Of a stretch of DNA of 62,153 nucleotides, positions 19,351 to 29,121 are shown piece by piece (within the stretch, counting starts at the first letter, position 1; each line of letters opens with the position of its first letter). Below the pieces are notes generated by a model, which saw nothing but the letters and a program-made list of their open reading frames with translations, searched no databases and was not told the origin of the DNA. Source of the DNA: an uncultured Candidatus Saccharibacteria bacterium (GTDB taxonomy: Bacteria; Patescibacteriota; Minisyncoccia; Phycocordibacterales; UBA12079); contig CAZAKQ010000002.1 in assembly GCA_964486155.1 (NCBI GenBank), positions 1-62,153 on the forward strand, read 5' to 3'. The position numbers were made by a program, and so were the translations under genes.

Positions 19351-20431
19351 AGAATTAAATCTAAAAAAAGAACTAGAAATAATTAAACCTATTTTAAAAA
19401 AATTAGGATATTCTTTAGATTCAAAACAACCTCATATTCAAGGAGAAAAATTATTAATGCAAGCAGTTACTACTACCAGTGGAAGAAAACTTATTTTACT
19501 AGGAAAAGATTTACAAACTAACAAAAAAGTAGTTATTAAAATAACTAATGATCCAAAAGGTAAAGAAGAAATCCAAGATGAGCATAAATATAGAAATGCT
19601 TTAAAAAATATTATTTTTTCATATAAAAAATTCCATTCACCAAAAACTATTCTTTTAACTCAAAAAGAAAATTATTTAATATCAATCCAAGCTTTTATAA
19701 ATAAAGAACAAAATTTTATTGATCTTCCTTTAGAAACACAATTTAATTTAGCTTTACAAGGTTTCAAAACTCAAGAAGGAGCTCATGCTATTACTTATGG
19801 TCATCTCAAAAAAATAACTAAAATATTTGGAAAAGTCGATTCTTCTTGGTATTTAAAGTCTTTTAAAAACTTTCAAAAAAACATAAAAAAAACTTTACCT
19901 CAGCATGATAACTTACATTCTCTATTAGAAAAAGGAATCTTGGAACTTAAAAAAAACAAACAAACTATTGAACAATATTGTAATTTTTTAACTCATACTG
20001 ATTTCGTTCCTCATAATTTTAGAGTAATTGAAAATAAAATTTATCTTTTAGATCATTCCTCCATCAGATTCGGCAATAAATACGAAAGCTGGGCTCGTTT
20101 CCTTAATTTTATGACCTTATATAATCGTCCACTGGAAGATGCTTTAATTTTTTACATAAAAAATAACCGCACCCAAGAGGAACAATTATCTTTAAAACTT
20201 ATGCGTATTTTTCGTTTAGGAGAAATTATTTGGTATTACACTAATTTACTTTCTAAAACATCTGGAGATTTACATACCTTAACCCAAGCTAGAATAAAAT
20301 TATGGACTCTAGTCTTAAAAACTACTCTGCAAAATAAATCAATATCAGAAAAAAAGATACTTGAATACGAAACACTTCGCGATTCCCTACGAAGTATTGA
20401 AGAAAAAGAAAGGCAAAAAGATTTGCATTAA
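19343..20431 (+). CDS. APH/choline-kinase-like phosphotransferase
   Basis: HTDFVPHN catalytic-loop-like motif followed by LLDHS. Overlaps the upstream ORF by 8 nt. Confidence 0.6.
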   Translation: MPKELNLKKELEIIKPILKKLGYSLDSKQPHIQGEKLLMQAVTTTSGRKLILLGKDLQTNKKVVIKITNDPKGKEEIQDEHKYRNALKNIIFSYKKFHSPKTILLTQKENYLISIQAFINKEQNFIDLPLETQFNLALQGFKTQEGAHAITYGHLKKITKIFGKVDSSWYLKSFKNFQKNIKKTLPQHDNLHSLLEKGILELKKNKQTIEQYCNFLTHTDFVPHNFRVIENKIYLLDHSSIRFGNKYESWARFLNFMTLYNRPLEDALIFYIKNNRTQEEQLSLKLMRIFRLGEIIWYYTNLLSKTSGDLHTLTQARIKLWTLVLKTTLQNKSISEKKILEYETLRDSLRSIEEKERQKDLH

Positions 20432-20452
20432 AACATTTATTTTAATATAAAA

Positions 20453-20992
20453 TTAATCTAATTTTTTCATTTCTTCTATTAAAGATTCATATTTATCAAT
20501 TAAAGGATGTTCCCATGATTTTTTTAATGATTGCAATACTAGTTCTTCGAACCATATCTTTTTATCTTTACCACGATTAAATTTTTTCCACAAATCACTT
20601 CCTAATCTTTTATGAGCTTCTATTATGTTTTCAGCATTGTGAATTTTATCTGATACAATAACAGCTTTAGCTTCCATTGAAATATTTTCAATTGATTTAG
20701 CATATTTTTCTTTTATAGCTTCCCAATCCAAACTATCATCATGAGTTACTTCAGAAACGATGTTTACTATATTCTCTCCTAACTCTTGGGCTAAATTATG
20801 TCGTGAAGTATCAGAGTCTTCTAATACGTCATGCACTAACCCAGCAGCGATAACTTCATCTGAAAAACCATTTTGTGCTAATTTATTAGCTACCATAAAC
20901 GGATGGATGATGTAAGGAAAATCTTCATCTTTTCGCCTTTGATCTTTATGTTTAATAATAGCTATACGAGCCGCTTTTTCTATAATATTCAT
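20453..20992 (-). CDS. small HD-domain protein, (p)ppGpp hydrolase-like (SAH/Mesh1-like)
   Basis: HPFMVA...GLVHDVLEDS HD motifs similar to the Rel hydrolase domain. 179 aa, single domain. Confidence 0.7.
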   Translation of the reverse strand: MNIIEKAARIAIIKHKDQRRKDEDFPYIIHPFMVANKLAQNGFSDEVIAAGLVHDVLEDSDTSRHNLAQELGENIVNIVSEVTHDDSLDWEAIKEKYAKSIENISMEAKAVIVSDKIHNAENIIEAHKRLGSDLWKKFNRGKDKKIWFEELVLQSLKKSWEHPLIDKYESLIEEMKKLD

Positions 20993-20999
20993 AATTTTA

Positions 21000-22175
21000 T
21001 TATTTAGTTACTTTATCAAATACTTTTTCTTTCATATCTACCGCGATCATATCCCAATTAAATTTCCTTAATACCATAGCTCGGGCATCTTCTGTTATAC
21101 GCGCTACTTTTTCAGAGTTAGCCAAAATATCTTTAACAGCTTCAACAATTTGCTCAGGACTATCTACATCAACCACCCAACCTGTTTCTGTTTCTTCTGG
21201 ATTATGTTTTTTATCAAATAAAAATTCTTTAATACCTCCCACCCGAGTTGAAATAACAGGTAATTTAGTAGCCATTGCTGAAAGAAAAGCATTTCCCAAT
21301 CCTTCTGAACGACTTGGTCCTACAAAGATATCCGAAACTTTTCGATAATTTGAAACTACCGAACGATCCACCATCCCTGTAAAAATAACTCTGTGTTCTA
21401 ATTCTAACTCTTTAACTAAATCTTTCAACATTTTTTCTTCATCACCTCCTCCCACAGCCAAAAATTTAACATTTTCAGGTAACATTTTCAAAGCTTGAAT
21501 AGTAATATTAGCGGCTTTTTGATAAACCAAACGGGCAGTATTTACTAAAAATATATCTCCTTCTTTTTTTCCTAATTCTTTTTTAAGATTTTCAATTACT
21601 TGATCATCAAAATCAGCTGCTACATCTCGAGGGTTAGCTCCATTATAGATCTTTACAATTTCTCCTTTATAACCTCTTTTTTCAGGCCACTCTCCTAAAT
21701 AACTTGAAATTACTTGAATTATTGAAGCAGTTCTAAAACCTAAATCTAAAAGTGGGACAAAAGGTTTAATAAATAATCTTTTAAAAACTTTATCATAAGG
21801 ATCTCCATCTTGAAGAGTTAAAATATGAGGAATTCGAGAACCAAAAATTCTCATTAAAGCCACAGGAAAAAGCATATAAGTCATCATTGACCAAATAGCA
21901 TCAAATTTATGTTTTTTATTTAAGCTAAAAGCTTTCAATACAGCCAAAGGAATAAACATTATTTTAGAAAGATATAGGGATCCAAAATCAATTCTATAAA
22001 CATTTATATTCCCTAATTTTTCATTTCTAGGAAGAGATTTATCAAATAACATTGTTATCATATGAAATTCAATCTCATTTGGATTGATACGATCTGTTAT
22101 TTCCTTTATAGCCCCTTCAGCCCCACTAACATTAACTGGGTAATAAGAAAGTGAAAATATTAATATTTTTTTCAT
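21000..22175 (-). CDS. glycosyltransferase family 1
   Basis: PSRSEGLGNAFLSAMATKLPVISTRVGG motif. Confidence 0.85.
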   Translation of the reverse strand: MKKILIFSLSYYPVNVSGAEGAIKEITDRINPNEIEFHMITMLFDKSLPRNEKLGNINVYRIDFGSLYLSKIMFIPLAVLKAFSLNKKHKFDAIWSMMTYMLFPVALMRIFGSRIPHILTLQDGDPYDKVFKRLFIKPFVPLLDLGFRTASIIQVISSYLGEWPEKRGYKGEIVKIYNGANPRDVAADFDDQVIENLKKELGKKEGDIFLVNTARLVYQKAANITIQALKMLPENVKFLAVGGGDEEKMLKDLVKELELEHRVIFTGMVDRSVVSNYRKVSDIFVGPSRSEGLGNAFLSAMATKLPVISTRVGGIKEFLFDKKHNPEETETGWVVDVDSPEQIVEAVKDILANSEKVARITEDARAMVLRKFNWDMIAVDMKEKVFDKVTK

Positions 22176-22277
22176 TTTATATTTGAAGTTAATTTATAAT
22201 TATATTTAAGTCTATCAGATTTTTGAATAAAAAAAAGGTGCTGTATCTCCAATACAACACCTTTACAACTGTCAACG

Positions 22278-22997
22278 TCAAATAAAAAATTCCGGATGAC
22301 AACAAAAAAAGATAAACCACGCTGAATTTGCTGTACACATACGATAAACAGCTCCTTTTTCATCTTTTCCTTCAACCACCCGCTGACGAAGCTCTTGCGC
22401 TGTTATATATTCAGCAGAAAAAATCGGTTCATTTCGGTCTTCTTGTAAATCTTGAATCTTTTCAAGATCAACTTCTACAAACAATAAATCAGACCATGTT
22501 GCTACAAATGTAGGATTTGGATTATGCCAAGGATAATTAGGTCTTTCAATTCCTAAAACAACACTTGCCCCCGATTCTTCAAATGTTTCACGCGAAGCTC
22601 CTTTTTCAACAGACTCATACTTTGTAACAAAATCTTTACCAATAATCCGTTCTAAAAAGCCCATCACAATTTGACCAAACATTACAGGAGTATGATTATT
22701 TCCAGAGTTCTCTGGATCATCTGAATGAGGTCGGGGTTGTCGAATGACAGCTAGACGAATTACATCTTCTTTATCACGTCCCCAAACAACACAATTTACA
22801 TTTGGAGCTTCCCGATAAATTGGCCTGTCAAAAACAGGGTCTCCTTTTTTATCTACTACAATGGCAGATTCTACAGATCCAAAAGGTGATTCTGCTTTCC
22901 AATCCTGATCGGTTACACTTAATTTCCATCTACGAGGGTGTTTAGAAAATTCTTTGCTAACTTTTTTCAATTCATTAAACTTCTTTGTCGCAGTCAT
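22278..22997 (-). CDS. Nudix-family hydrolase
   Basis: Nudix box E-x7-RETFEESGA. Ends in TGA. Confidence 0.6.
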   Translation of the reverse strand: MTATKKFNELKKVSKEFSKHPRRWKLSVTDQDWKAESPFGSVESAIVVDKKGDPVFDRPIYREAPNVNCVVWGRDKEDVIRLAVIRQPRPHSDDPENSGNNHTPVMFGQIVMGFLERIIGKDFVTKYESVEKGASRETFEESGASVVLGIERPNYPWHNPNPTFVATWSDLLFVEVDLEKIQDLQEDRNEPIFSAEYITAQELRQRVVEGKDEKGAVYRMCTANSAWFIFFCCHPEFFI

Positions 22998-23097
22998 TAT
23001 TCTCTCCCTTTTTTAAAAATTTATTTTTTAAATATTTGTAAAAAACAAAAAATACCACTATTGTAAATAGTAACACAAAATACATTAAAAGTAAAGG

Positions 23098-23979
23098 TTA
23101 TTTATTTTGTTCTTTAATAGCTTTTATATAATTTTCTAAGGTTTTGGTTTGTTTCCAACCCAAAGCTTTAATTTTTTTAGAATCAATTACTGACATAGAA
23201 CGACTTGTTTTAGTTTGTGGTAACATTTCAATTTTCCCCCCAAACATATCAGCTATATCTAATAAAGAGTAATTCTCTGAGGCACTAATTCCAAAACCGT
23301 CTCCCTCTCCTTTTTCTCCTACTAACAAAATTCCATTTACTGTATCGTCAATATGAGTAAATGAACGAGTTTGAGTTCCTGGTTTTCTTACCAAAAGAGG
23401 TTCTTTTCTTAAATATTTTTGTTTAAAAGATTCAATAACTGTTCCATATTTTTCGAAAGCTCTTTCTCCTACTCCGTAAACATTATAGAAGTAAGCAATT
23501 ACATAAGATAAATTATACCAACGTCCATAGTTAATAATTGTTTCTGTATTAACTGCTTTTGCTAATGTATAAGGAGCTAAATCTCTTCCTGTGGTTCCAT
23601 CTTCACGAGCTCCTACTGATTTTGTAGAAGATCCTGCATACACTAACTTACAACCAATTTTTCTCCAAAATTCTAATACAGCTAAAGTTCCTATTTTATT
23701 CAAATCCCAAACTAATTCTGGTTCATCTAGAGAAGCAGCTACTCGAGAATATTCTCCTAAATGATAAATAATATCTGGTTTAACAGTAATTAGTTTTGCT
23801 ATATCTTTAGTGTGCCCTTCTATATATTCTGCTCCTTCTATATGATTGTCTTTTGAACCAGTAAAATAATTATCAAGTGAAATCACCTGATTATTTTCAT
23901 CTTTAACTAATTCTTCTATTAAATGAGAACCAATAAATCCAGCTCCTCCCGTTACTAATATTATTTTTTTATTTTCCAT
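23098..23979 (-). CDS. NAD-dependent sugar epimerase/dehydratase (UXS/GalE-like SDR)
   Basis: VTGGAGFIGSHL Rossmann motif and a YxxxK-like segment (YTLAK). Start taken at MENKKIILV rather than the ORF-track start 24018. Confidence 0.85.
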   Translation of the reverse strand: MENKKIILVTGGAGFIGSHLIEELVKDENNQVISLDNYFTGSKDNHIEGAEYIEGHTKDIAKLITVKPDIIYHLGEYSRVAASLDEPELVWDLNKIGTLAVLEFWRKIGCKLVYAGSSTKSVGAREDGTTGRDLAPYTLAKAVNTETIINYGRWYNLSYVIAYFYNVYGVGERAFEKYGTVIESFKQKYLRKEPLLVRKPGTQTRSFTHIDDTVNGILLVGEKGEGDGFGISASENYSLLDIADMFGGKIEMLPQTKTSRSMSVIDSKKIKALGWKQTKTLENYIKAIKEQNK

Positions 23980-24172
23980 GTTCTTTATTGTAACAAAATA
24001 AATAGTTAATTCAATCAAATTCTAACACCCCATCCGTTAAAACTAAAAAATTCTACTAGTCCAATTAACTGAACTAATTTACTCCATTTAAATGGAATAT
24101 TTGAATTACTTATAATTATTAATTAACCTTTTTACCTTACAAATACAAAATAATCCAAAAATTAAACACAGC

Positions 24173-24212
24173 TCAATTAGATTATTCCAATTAATTGGAA
24201 TAATCTAATTGA
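24173..24212. repeat. 40-bp perfect palindrome (core tattCCAATTAATTGGaata)
   Basis: Base-by-base symmetry checked. Degenerate relatives lie at 24054-24100. Confidence 0.9.
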
Positions 24213-24286
24213 ATTTTTTCCAAACCAGAGACGAAAAGCTTTAGCTTTTCGTCTCTTTAACGTTTAATCCACATTAATTTTAGCGT

Positions 24287-25756
24287 CTATTCTTTATGAT
24301 TTTCTGAATCTAATTTTGTAGTATAACTCATTCCTACTACGGCGACTAAAACAATTCCTCCTAACACAAAACTCCATTTATTTATAGGAAATTTAAAACC
24401 TTCTTCTTTTTTAGCTTCTCCATTGTCATTCATAATCTCGGAAGGTTCAACCTCCCGAGATTTACTAATTGTGGCAATTTGATTATTTGAGATATTTTCA
24501 ATCTTATCTACTGGTTTTTCTACTGAATATAAAACAGGAACTTTTGGAACTACTTCAACTTCTTCTTTAATAAAGCTAGAGACTTCATTTTTTATATTTG
24601 AATTTTCTTTTTTTTCAAAATTAAAAGCTAATATACCATTTGGATAAAGTAATTGAACAATTGAATTTTCTTTTGGTAATAAACCGCTAACACTATAAGG
24701 TAATTTTAAGTAACTCTTTGGGAGTAAAATAGTGTTTTTAGGCAAAGTAAAATAATTATTATCTACTCTCAAACGCCACCAAGATAAATTAATTTCATAT
24801 TTAGAAGAATTATAAAGCTCTATAAAATTATCATTAAAATCTATTTTAACATTAGAAATAATTATTTCTGAAGGAATTACTTCTATTTTTAATTTATCAC
24901 TAGTAGAATATTCTCCTGAAATAACTTCTAATACAAGCATATATTTACCTGGATAAGCATAATTATGTAAAACACTTTGTCCTTTTCCTTTAGTTCCATC
25001 TCCAAACGACCATTGATAAAGAGCGTTTTCCAAAATTTCATTTTCCAAACCAAGAGCTTTTCCTGAAAAAGTAAAATCAGCTCCAACAATAGGTAAATAT
25101 TCTAAAGAATCAATTTTAGCCTTTATATTTACTTCAATAAATACTGGATTTGTACTTTGAGAAGAAGTAGGTGTAGGTTCTTGTATTTTTTCAAATACAG
25201 ATCCTTCTTCATTTTCAATATTTTCTATAAAGTTAATTTTTCCTAAACTAGGACTAGAAGATATCCACTCTCCAGAAATTTTTTGTAATGATTTTCCATC
25301 TCCATTAGCTCCCCAATCAGACAAATAATCAACAGAATCAATATCTATTAAATCTAAGTTTCTTATAACTAAAAGTTCGCCTGAGTTTTTTAAAGAAAAA
25401 GATGTATCTAAAATCAATCCTGCAAAATTTGGATTATCTCCATAAAATTTATCAGGATTATCTACTAAAATTGCATAATCTCCTCCAGACAAAATAGTAT
25501 TTCCTCCTTCTGATATAGATTTTATTTTATGATTGGTTTCTGCTTCATATAATTTCCACTTACTCAAGTCAACATCACTAGTTCCTGAGTTATAGACTTC
25601 TATCCACTCTCTTCCGCTATCACTCCCTATCTCTAAATCATACATTATTTCAGTAATTTCTATTTGAGCTAAAAGCAAATTAACTGGATAAAATAAAAAA
25701 CAAAAAACGACTGTTATTAGTCGTTTTTTATTTAATTTTAAAAACAATTTAAACAT
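24287..25756 (-). CDS. surface protein with lamin-tail-like (LTD) and PKD-like domains and a C-terminal TM anchor
   Basis: ITEIMYD..EWIEVYN and FIELYN..WWRL LTD-like segments, a WSFGDGTKG PKD motif, a signal peptide and a C-terminal hydrophobic helix. Confidence 0.65.
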   Translation of the reverse strand: MFKLFLKLNKKRLITVVFCFLFYPVNLLLAQIEITEIMYDLEIGSDSGREWIEVYNSGTSDVDLSKWKLYEAETNHKIKSISEGGNTILSGGDYAILVDNPDKFYGDNPNFAGLILDTSFSLKNSGELLVIRNLDLIDIDSVDYLSDWGANGDGKSLQKISGEWISSSPSLGKINFIENIENEEGSVFEKIQEPTPTSSQSTNPVFIEVNIKAKIDSLEYLPIVGADFTFSGKALGLENEILENALYQWSFGDGTKGKGQSVLHNYAYPGKYMLVLEVISGEYSTSDKLKIEVIPSEIIISNVKIDFNDNFIELYNSSKYEINLSWWRLRVDNNYFTLPKNTILLPKSYLKLPYSVSGLLPKENSIVQLLYPNGILAFNFEKKENSNIKNEVSSFIKEEVEVVPKVPVLYSVEKPVDKIENISNNQIATISKSREVEPSEIMNDNGEAKKEEGFKFPINKWSFVLGGIVLVAVVGMSYTTKLDSENHKE

Positions 25757-27533
25757 CTTCTTTAGGTTTTTCTACATATAATATATCTTCTAAATCTTTT
25801 TTAGAAACTTCTTTATTTTGATTTTGTTCTAATACTTCTTTTGATTTCTGAATTATTGTATTCTCCTGCTCATTTTCTCTTTTAGAATTTAATGAAGACA
25901 TAGTTTTTTGTTGATGTGAGTTTTGTTTTACTGAATTCGTTTGTTTTGAAACTTCTAACCCATCTACAAATTGCTGATTAGACGATTTAAGTTCTTGTGA
26001 TTTGTTGTTCTTCAACTCCAAATTCTTCATCGCTTCAGAAAGAGCTTCTTTCAACTGATTTTTATTATCAATAGGAATTTTAGTTCTTGTTGACTTAGAT
26101 TTTAAATGACTAGTTTTGTTATTAGACAAATCTTTTAAAGAAATCTTTTTATTTTTTAATTTAGAGTAAGTTTGGATCTTAGGAGCACTTTGTTTAAAAT
26201 TATTTTTGTTAGATTGTATTTTAGTTTTAGCAATTATTTTAGTTGAATTAAGCCATTCTTCAATTTTTTCTTCCACCATTTTTTTAGGACTAGCAAAATT
26301 TTCACGAGAATATTTTATTATTTCATCTTTATATGAAAAATCTGGTTTAGTAATAGGAGGAAGAGTTCTTGCAGAAAAAGGATTAGAACCTATTCCATCA
26401 ATCATCAGTCTCAAATAAATTTGAGCAAAACCTAAATTAACCAAATCTTCAGCTGTAAATTCGGGAGAAAATTCTTTTTCTAATTGTTCGGCATCTGTAG
26501 CTCCTACTCTAAAAGTAATCATAGTTCCTACGTTTCCAAACACAGCAGCACGGACTACTTCGGGCATTTGTTCAATATATTGATGAGCTAAAGTCAAATT
26601 TAACTTGTATTTTCTAGCTTGAGATAATATATCAGCGAAAGAATCATTAGCTAGATTCTGAAATTCATCAATATATAAATAAAAATTAGGAAGTTTCGCT
26701 AATTCTTCTGTCCTTACATCGGCCCTACTCATCGCAGCTAAATATATCTTTGTAGTTAACATAGAACCTAATAAATCCGCGTTAGCTTCGCCTACTTGTC
26801 CTATAGAAAGATTAACCAAAAGAATCTTTTTACTATCTAAAACATCTCTAAAATCAAAAGAAGATTTTTCTTGCCCTACAATATTTCTAATTAAAGGATT
26901 AGAAGTAAATTGTCCCACTTTATTTAAAATAGCAGCATAAGCATCTTTTCTATATCGCTCATCCCATCCAGCAAATTCTTCAGTCCAAAAAGCTTTAACG
27001 GAAGGATCAGTAATATTAGCTACTACTTTTTTCCTATATTTAGCATCCGTAAATATTTTAGTCATTCCTAACATAGTAGATCCTGGATATTCTAAAAGAG
27101 CCAACAAAGTATTATTAGTAATATGTTCCATTCTATCCGAAAAAGTATCCTCTCCCCAAATCTTTTTAAAAGCAGAAAGAAGCCCTTGAGCAACTAAATG
27201 TCTTTTATCTGGACCAACATCTTCCATCACATTGAAAGAAATAGGATTATCAACATCAAAAGGAGCAAAATAAATTACATCTTCAATTCTCTCTTCAGGG
27301 ACATAATCTAAAAACTTTTTAATAGATTGCCCATGGGGATCAATAAAACACATACCATTTCCTTCTTTAATATCTTGAACAGCCATATTTTCTAACATAG
27401 TGGACTTTCCCATCCCTGTTTTACCTATAACATAAATATGTCGTGTTCTGTCTGAAGCTTTAATCCCAAAAGGAGTTCGTCTATTTCGTCGATCAATTTC
27501 AGCAAAATATGTAATTGAGTTAGTATCTTTCAT
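25749..27533 (-). CDS. TraD/VirD4-like (FtsK/HerA superfamily) P-loop ATPase with a low-complexity tail
   Basis: Walker A GKTGMGKST and Walker B LYIDEFQN. No N-terminal TM. C-terminal ~170 aa are K/N/S/Q-rich. Confidence 0.65.
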   Translation of the reverse strand: MKDTNSITYFAEIDRRNRRTPFGIKASDRTRHIYVIGKTGMGKSTMLENMAVQDIKEGNGMCFIDPHGQSIKKFLDYVPEERIEDVIYFAPFDVDNPISFNVMEDVGPDKRHLVAQGLLSAFKKIWGEDTFSDRMEHITNNTLLALLEYPGSTMLGMTKIFTDAKYRKKVVANITDPSVKAFWTEEFAGWDERYRKDAYAAILNKVGQFTSNPLIRNIVGQEKSSFDFRDVLDSKKILLVNLSIGQVGEANADLLGSMLTTKIYLAAMSRADVRTEELAKLPNFYLYIDEFQNLANDSFADILSQARKYKLNLTLAHQYIEQMPEVVRAAVFGNVGTMITFRVGATDAEQLEKEFSPEFTAEDLVNLGFAQIYLRLMIDGIGSNPFSARTLPPITKPDFSYKDEIIKYSRENFASPKKMVEEKIEEWLNSTKIIAKTKIQSNKNNFKQSAPKIQTYSKLKNKKISLKDLSNNKTSHLKSKSTRTKIPIDNKNQLKEALSEAMKNLELKNNKSQELKSSNQQFVDGLEVSKQTNSVKQNSHQQKTMSSLNSKRENEQENTIIQKSKEVLEQNQNKEVSKKDLEDILYVEKPKEDV

Positions 27534-27643
27534 TAAGATAATTATATGATAAAAAGATAAAAGTTGGAAGTAGTTGATAAATAAATAGAAAGCCTATACA
27601 ATGATAAATAGAATGTACCAGTAACTTAAAGAAAGGATATTAA

Positions 27644-28021
27644 ATGAAAATTACATTGCTTGAAGAAAAAGAGACAGAACAAATTTCATCTTATTCTTGT
27701 ATTTTAGGAGAAAACAATTCTGAAGATATCATTATCATAAAAGATGATGATAAATATCTTTTTATATTTCCCTACAATTATATAGAAAAATATATGAACA
27801 AATACACTGAAGATGAAATATTTATTCGTATCTGTGAAGTTCCGTTGAAACAAAAAGAAAAAGCTATTTGGAAATTTCCTCTTCGGGATAGAAACGGAAA
27901 CGAGTATGCCAAATTTTATCCTAATGAAAAAATTATCGAAACTCTAAAACAATATGGAAAAGAAAATAATCTTCAAAATCTTGTTGACTTAATAAATTCT
28001 ACTCCAATGATTTCTCTTTAA
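27644..28021 (+). CDS. hypothetical protein
   Basis: 125-aa ORF followed by a strong terminator hairpin (28035-28063). Confidence 0.45.
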   Translation: MKITLLEEKETEQISSYSCILGENNSEDIIIIKDDDKYLFIFPYNYIEKYMNKYTEDEIFIRICEVPLKQKEKAIWKFPLRDRNGNEYAKFYPNEKIIETLKQYGKENNLQNLVDLINSTPMISL

Positions 28022-28034
28022 CAAAAACTCCCTG

Positions 28035-28075
28035 CCCTGAACACAAAATATTAGTGTTCAGGGCTTGTTTTATTA
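28035..28075 (+). terminator. rho-independent terminator
   Basis: Stem ccctgaacac / gtgttcaggg followed by cttgtttt. Confidence 0.6.
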
Positions 28076-28163
28076 AAACCTCCAAAATCAAAAACCTTTA
28101 TTATAGTATTACATATACTATAATAAAAAATAAACTCCAAAACAAAAAACAATCTAATCACCT

Positions 28164-28189
28164 ATTTAGTCCAGTTAACTGGACTAAAT
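28164..28189. repeat. 26-bp perfect palindrome, core tagtCCAGTTAACTGGacta
   Basis: Symmetry checked base by base. Confidence 0.9.
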
Positions 28190-28321
28190 TTATAATTTAT
28201 ATTTCAAAAACATAATTTCTTATAATTTACTATAATTTATATATAATTTAAGACTTATTAATTTAAACGACCTAAATTGATTATATTGTAAATCTATTAT
28301 TAATAATAAAAACCTATTTTT

Positions 28322-28363
28322 TAAAACCCTACTAGTCCAGTTAACTGGACTAGTAGGGTTTTA
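28322..28363. repeat. 42-bp perfect palindrome, core tagtCCAGTTAACTGGacta
   Basis: Symmetry checked. Lies 26 nt 3' of the HTH gene stop, so it may double as a terminator. Confidence 0.9.
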
Positions 28364-28388
28364 TTTTTTAATTTTTGTTTATATTTAT

Positions 28389-28820
28389 TCAATTTCTTTT
28401 CTTGTATTTTTCATCTATTTGATTTAGAAAATCCCATCTACCTTTTCCTACAATCGGGGGCATTCCACATTTTAAAACAATCTCCATTCCATCCCAAAAA
28501 GTAACTCTGTTCTTTTTCTTTTCTACCATTTCTAAAATATTTTCATATTTGTCAAAATCAATATCATTAGCTACTTTAATTACTGTAGATTTACTTACAC
28601 TTAAAATTTTATGAATACGATACATAGATACTTTTTCGTATAACATAAAAATTATAGATAGTCGTTTAGCTAAAACTATTTTTTCAGATTCTGTTAATAA
28701 ATCATCTAAAAATCCTTTAGCTGAAGTATTAGTTTCCAAATCAGCAACAATATTAACTAAACGACTATTTATTTTGTTCGAAACATTTTTCTTTAATTTA
28801 TTTTTTGAAACATTAACCAT
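28389..28820 (-). CDS. TrpR/YerC-like helix-turn-helix protein (paralog 1)
   Basis: LLTESEKIVLAKRLSII..YRIHKILSVSKSTVIKV resembles the TrpR-family HTH. Paralog at 35706..36152. Confidence 0.6.
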   Translation of the reverse strand: MVNVSKNKLKKNVSNKINSRLVNIVADLETNTSAKGFLDDLLTESEKIVLAKRLSIIFMLYEKVSMYRIHKILSVSKSTVIKVANDIDFDKYENILEMVEKKKNRVTFWDGMEIVLKCGMPPIVGKGRWDFLNQIDEKYKKRN

Positions 28821-28846
28821 AATAATTTAATTAATTATAACATATT

Positions 28847-28868
28847 TTAGTCCAGTTAACTGGACTAA
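28847..28868. repeat. 22-bp perfect palindrome, core tagtCCAGTTAACTGGacta (candidate operator)
   Basis: The palindrome starts 27 nt upstream of the HTH gene start codon. Its centre is 63 bp from the centre of the next copy. Confidence 0.85.
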
Positions 28869-28907
28869 TTTATGGTAATTTGTTTTTTATAAATTTTAAT
28901 TTTACTT

Positions 28908-28933
28908 GATTAGTCCAGTTAACTGGACTAATC
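28908..28933. repeat. 26-bp perfect palindrome, core tagtCCAGTTAACTGGacta
   Basis: Symmetry checked. Confidence 0.9.
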
Positions 28934-29037
28934 TTTCTTAATTCTTAAATCCTAAACTTGCCCGCCAGCAAGCAAGTCTTAAATCTTTAAATTAATAAAA
29001 AAATAGAGAAGTTAAACCTCTTCATTTAAAAAAATTT

Positions 29038-29079
29038 AATAATTAAAATACTCCATTTAAATGGAGTATTTTAATTATT
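29038..29079. repeat. 42-bp perfect palindrome, core tactCCATTTAAATGGagta
   Basis: Symmetry checked. Lies 3' of the 29122 gene. Confidence 0.9.
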
Positions 29080-29121
29080 TTTAATTTATCATTTTTAATT
29101 TAAAATAATTTTAATTCAAAA

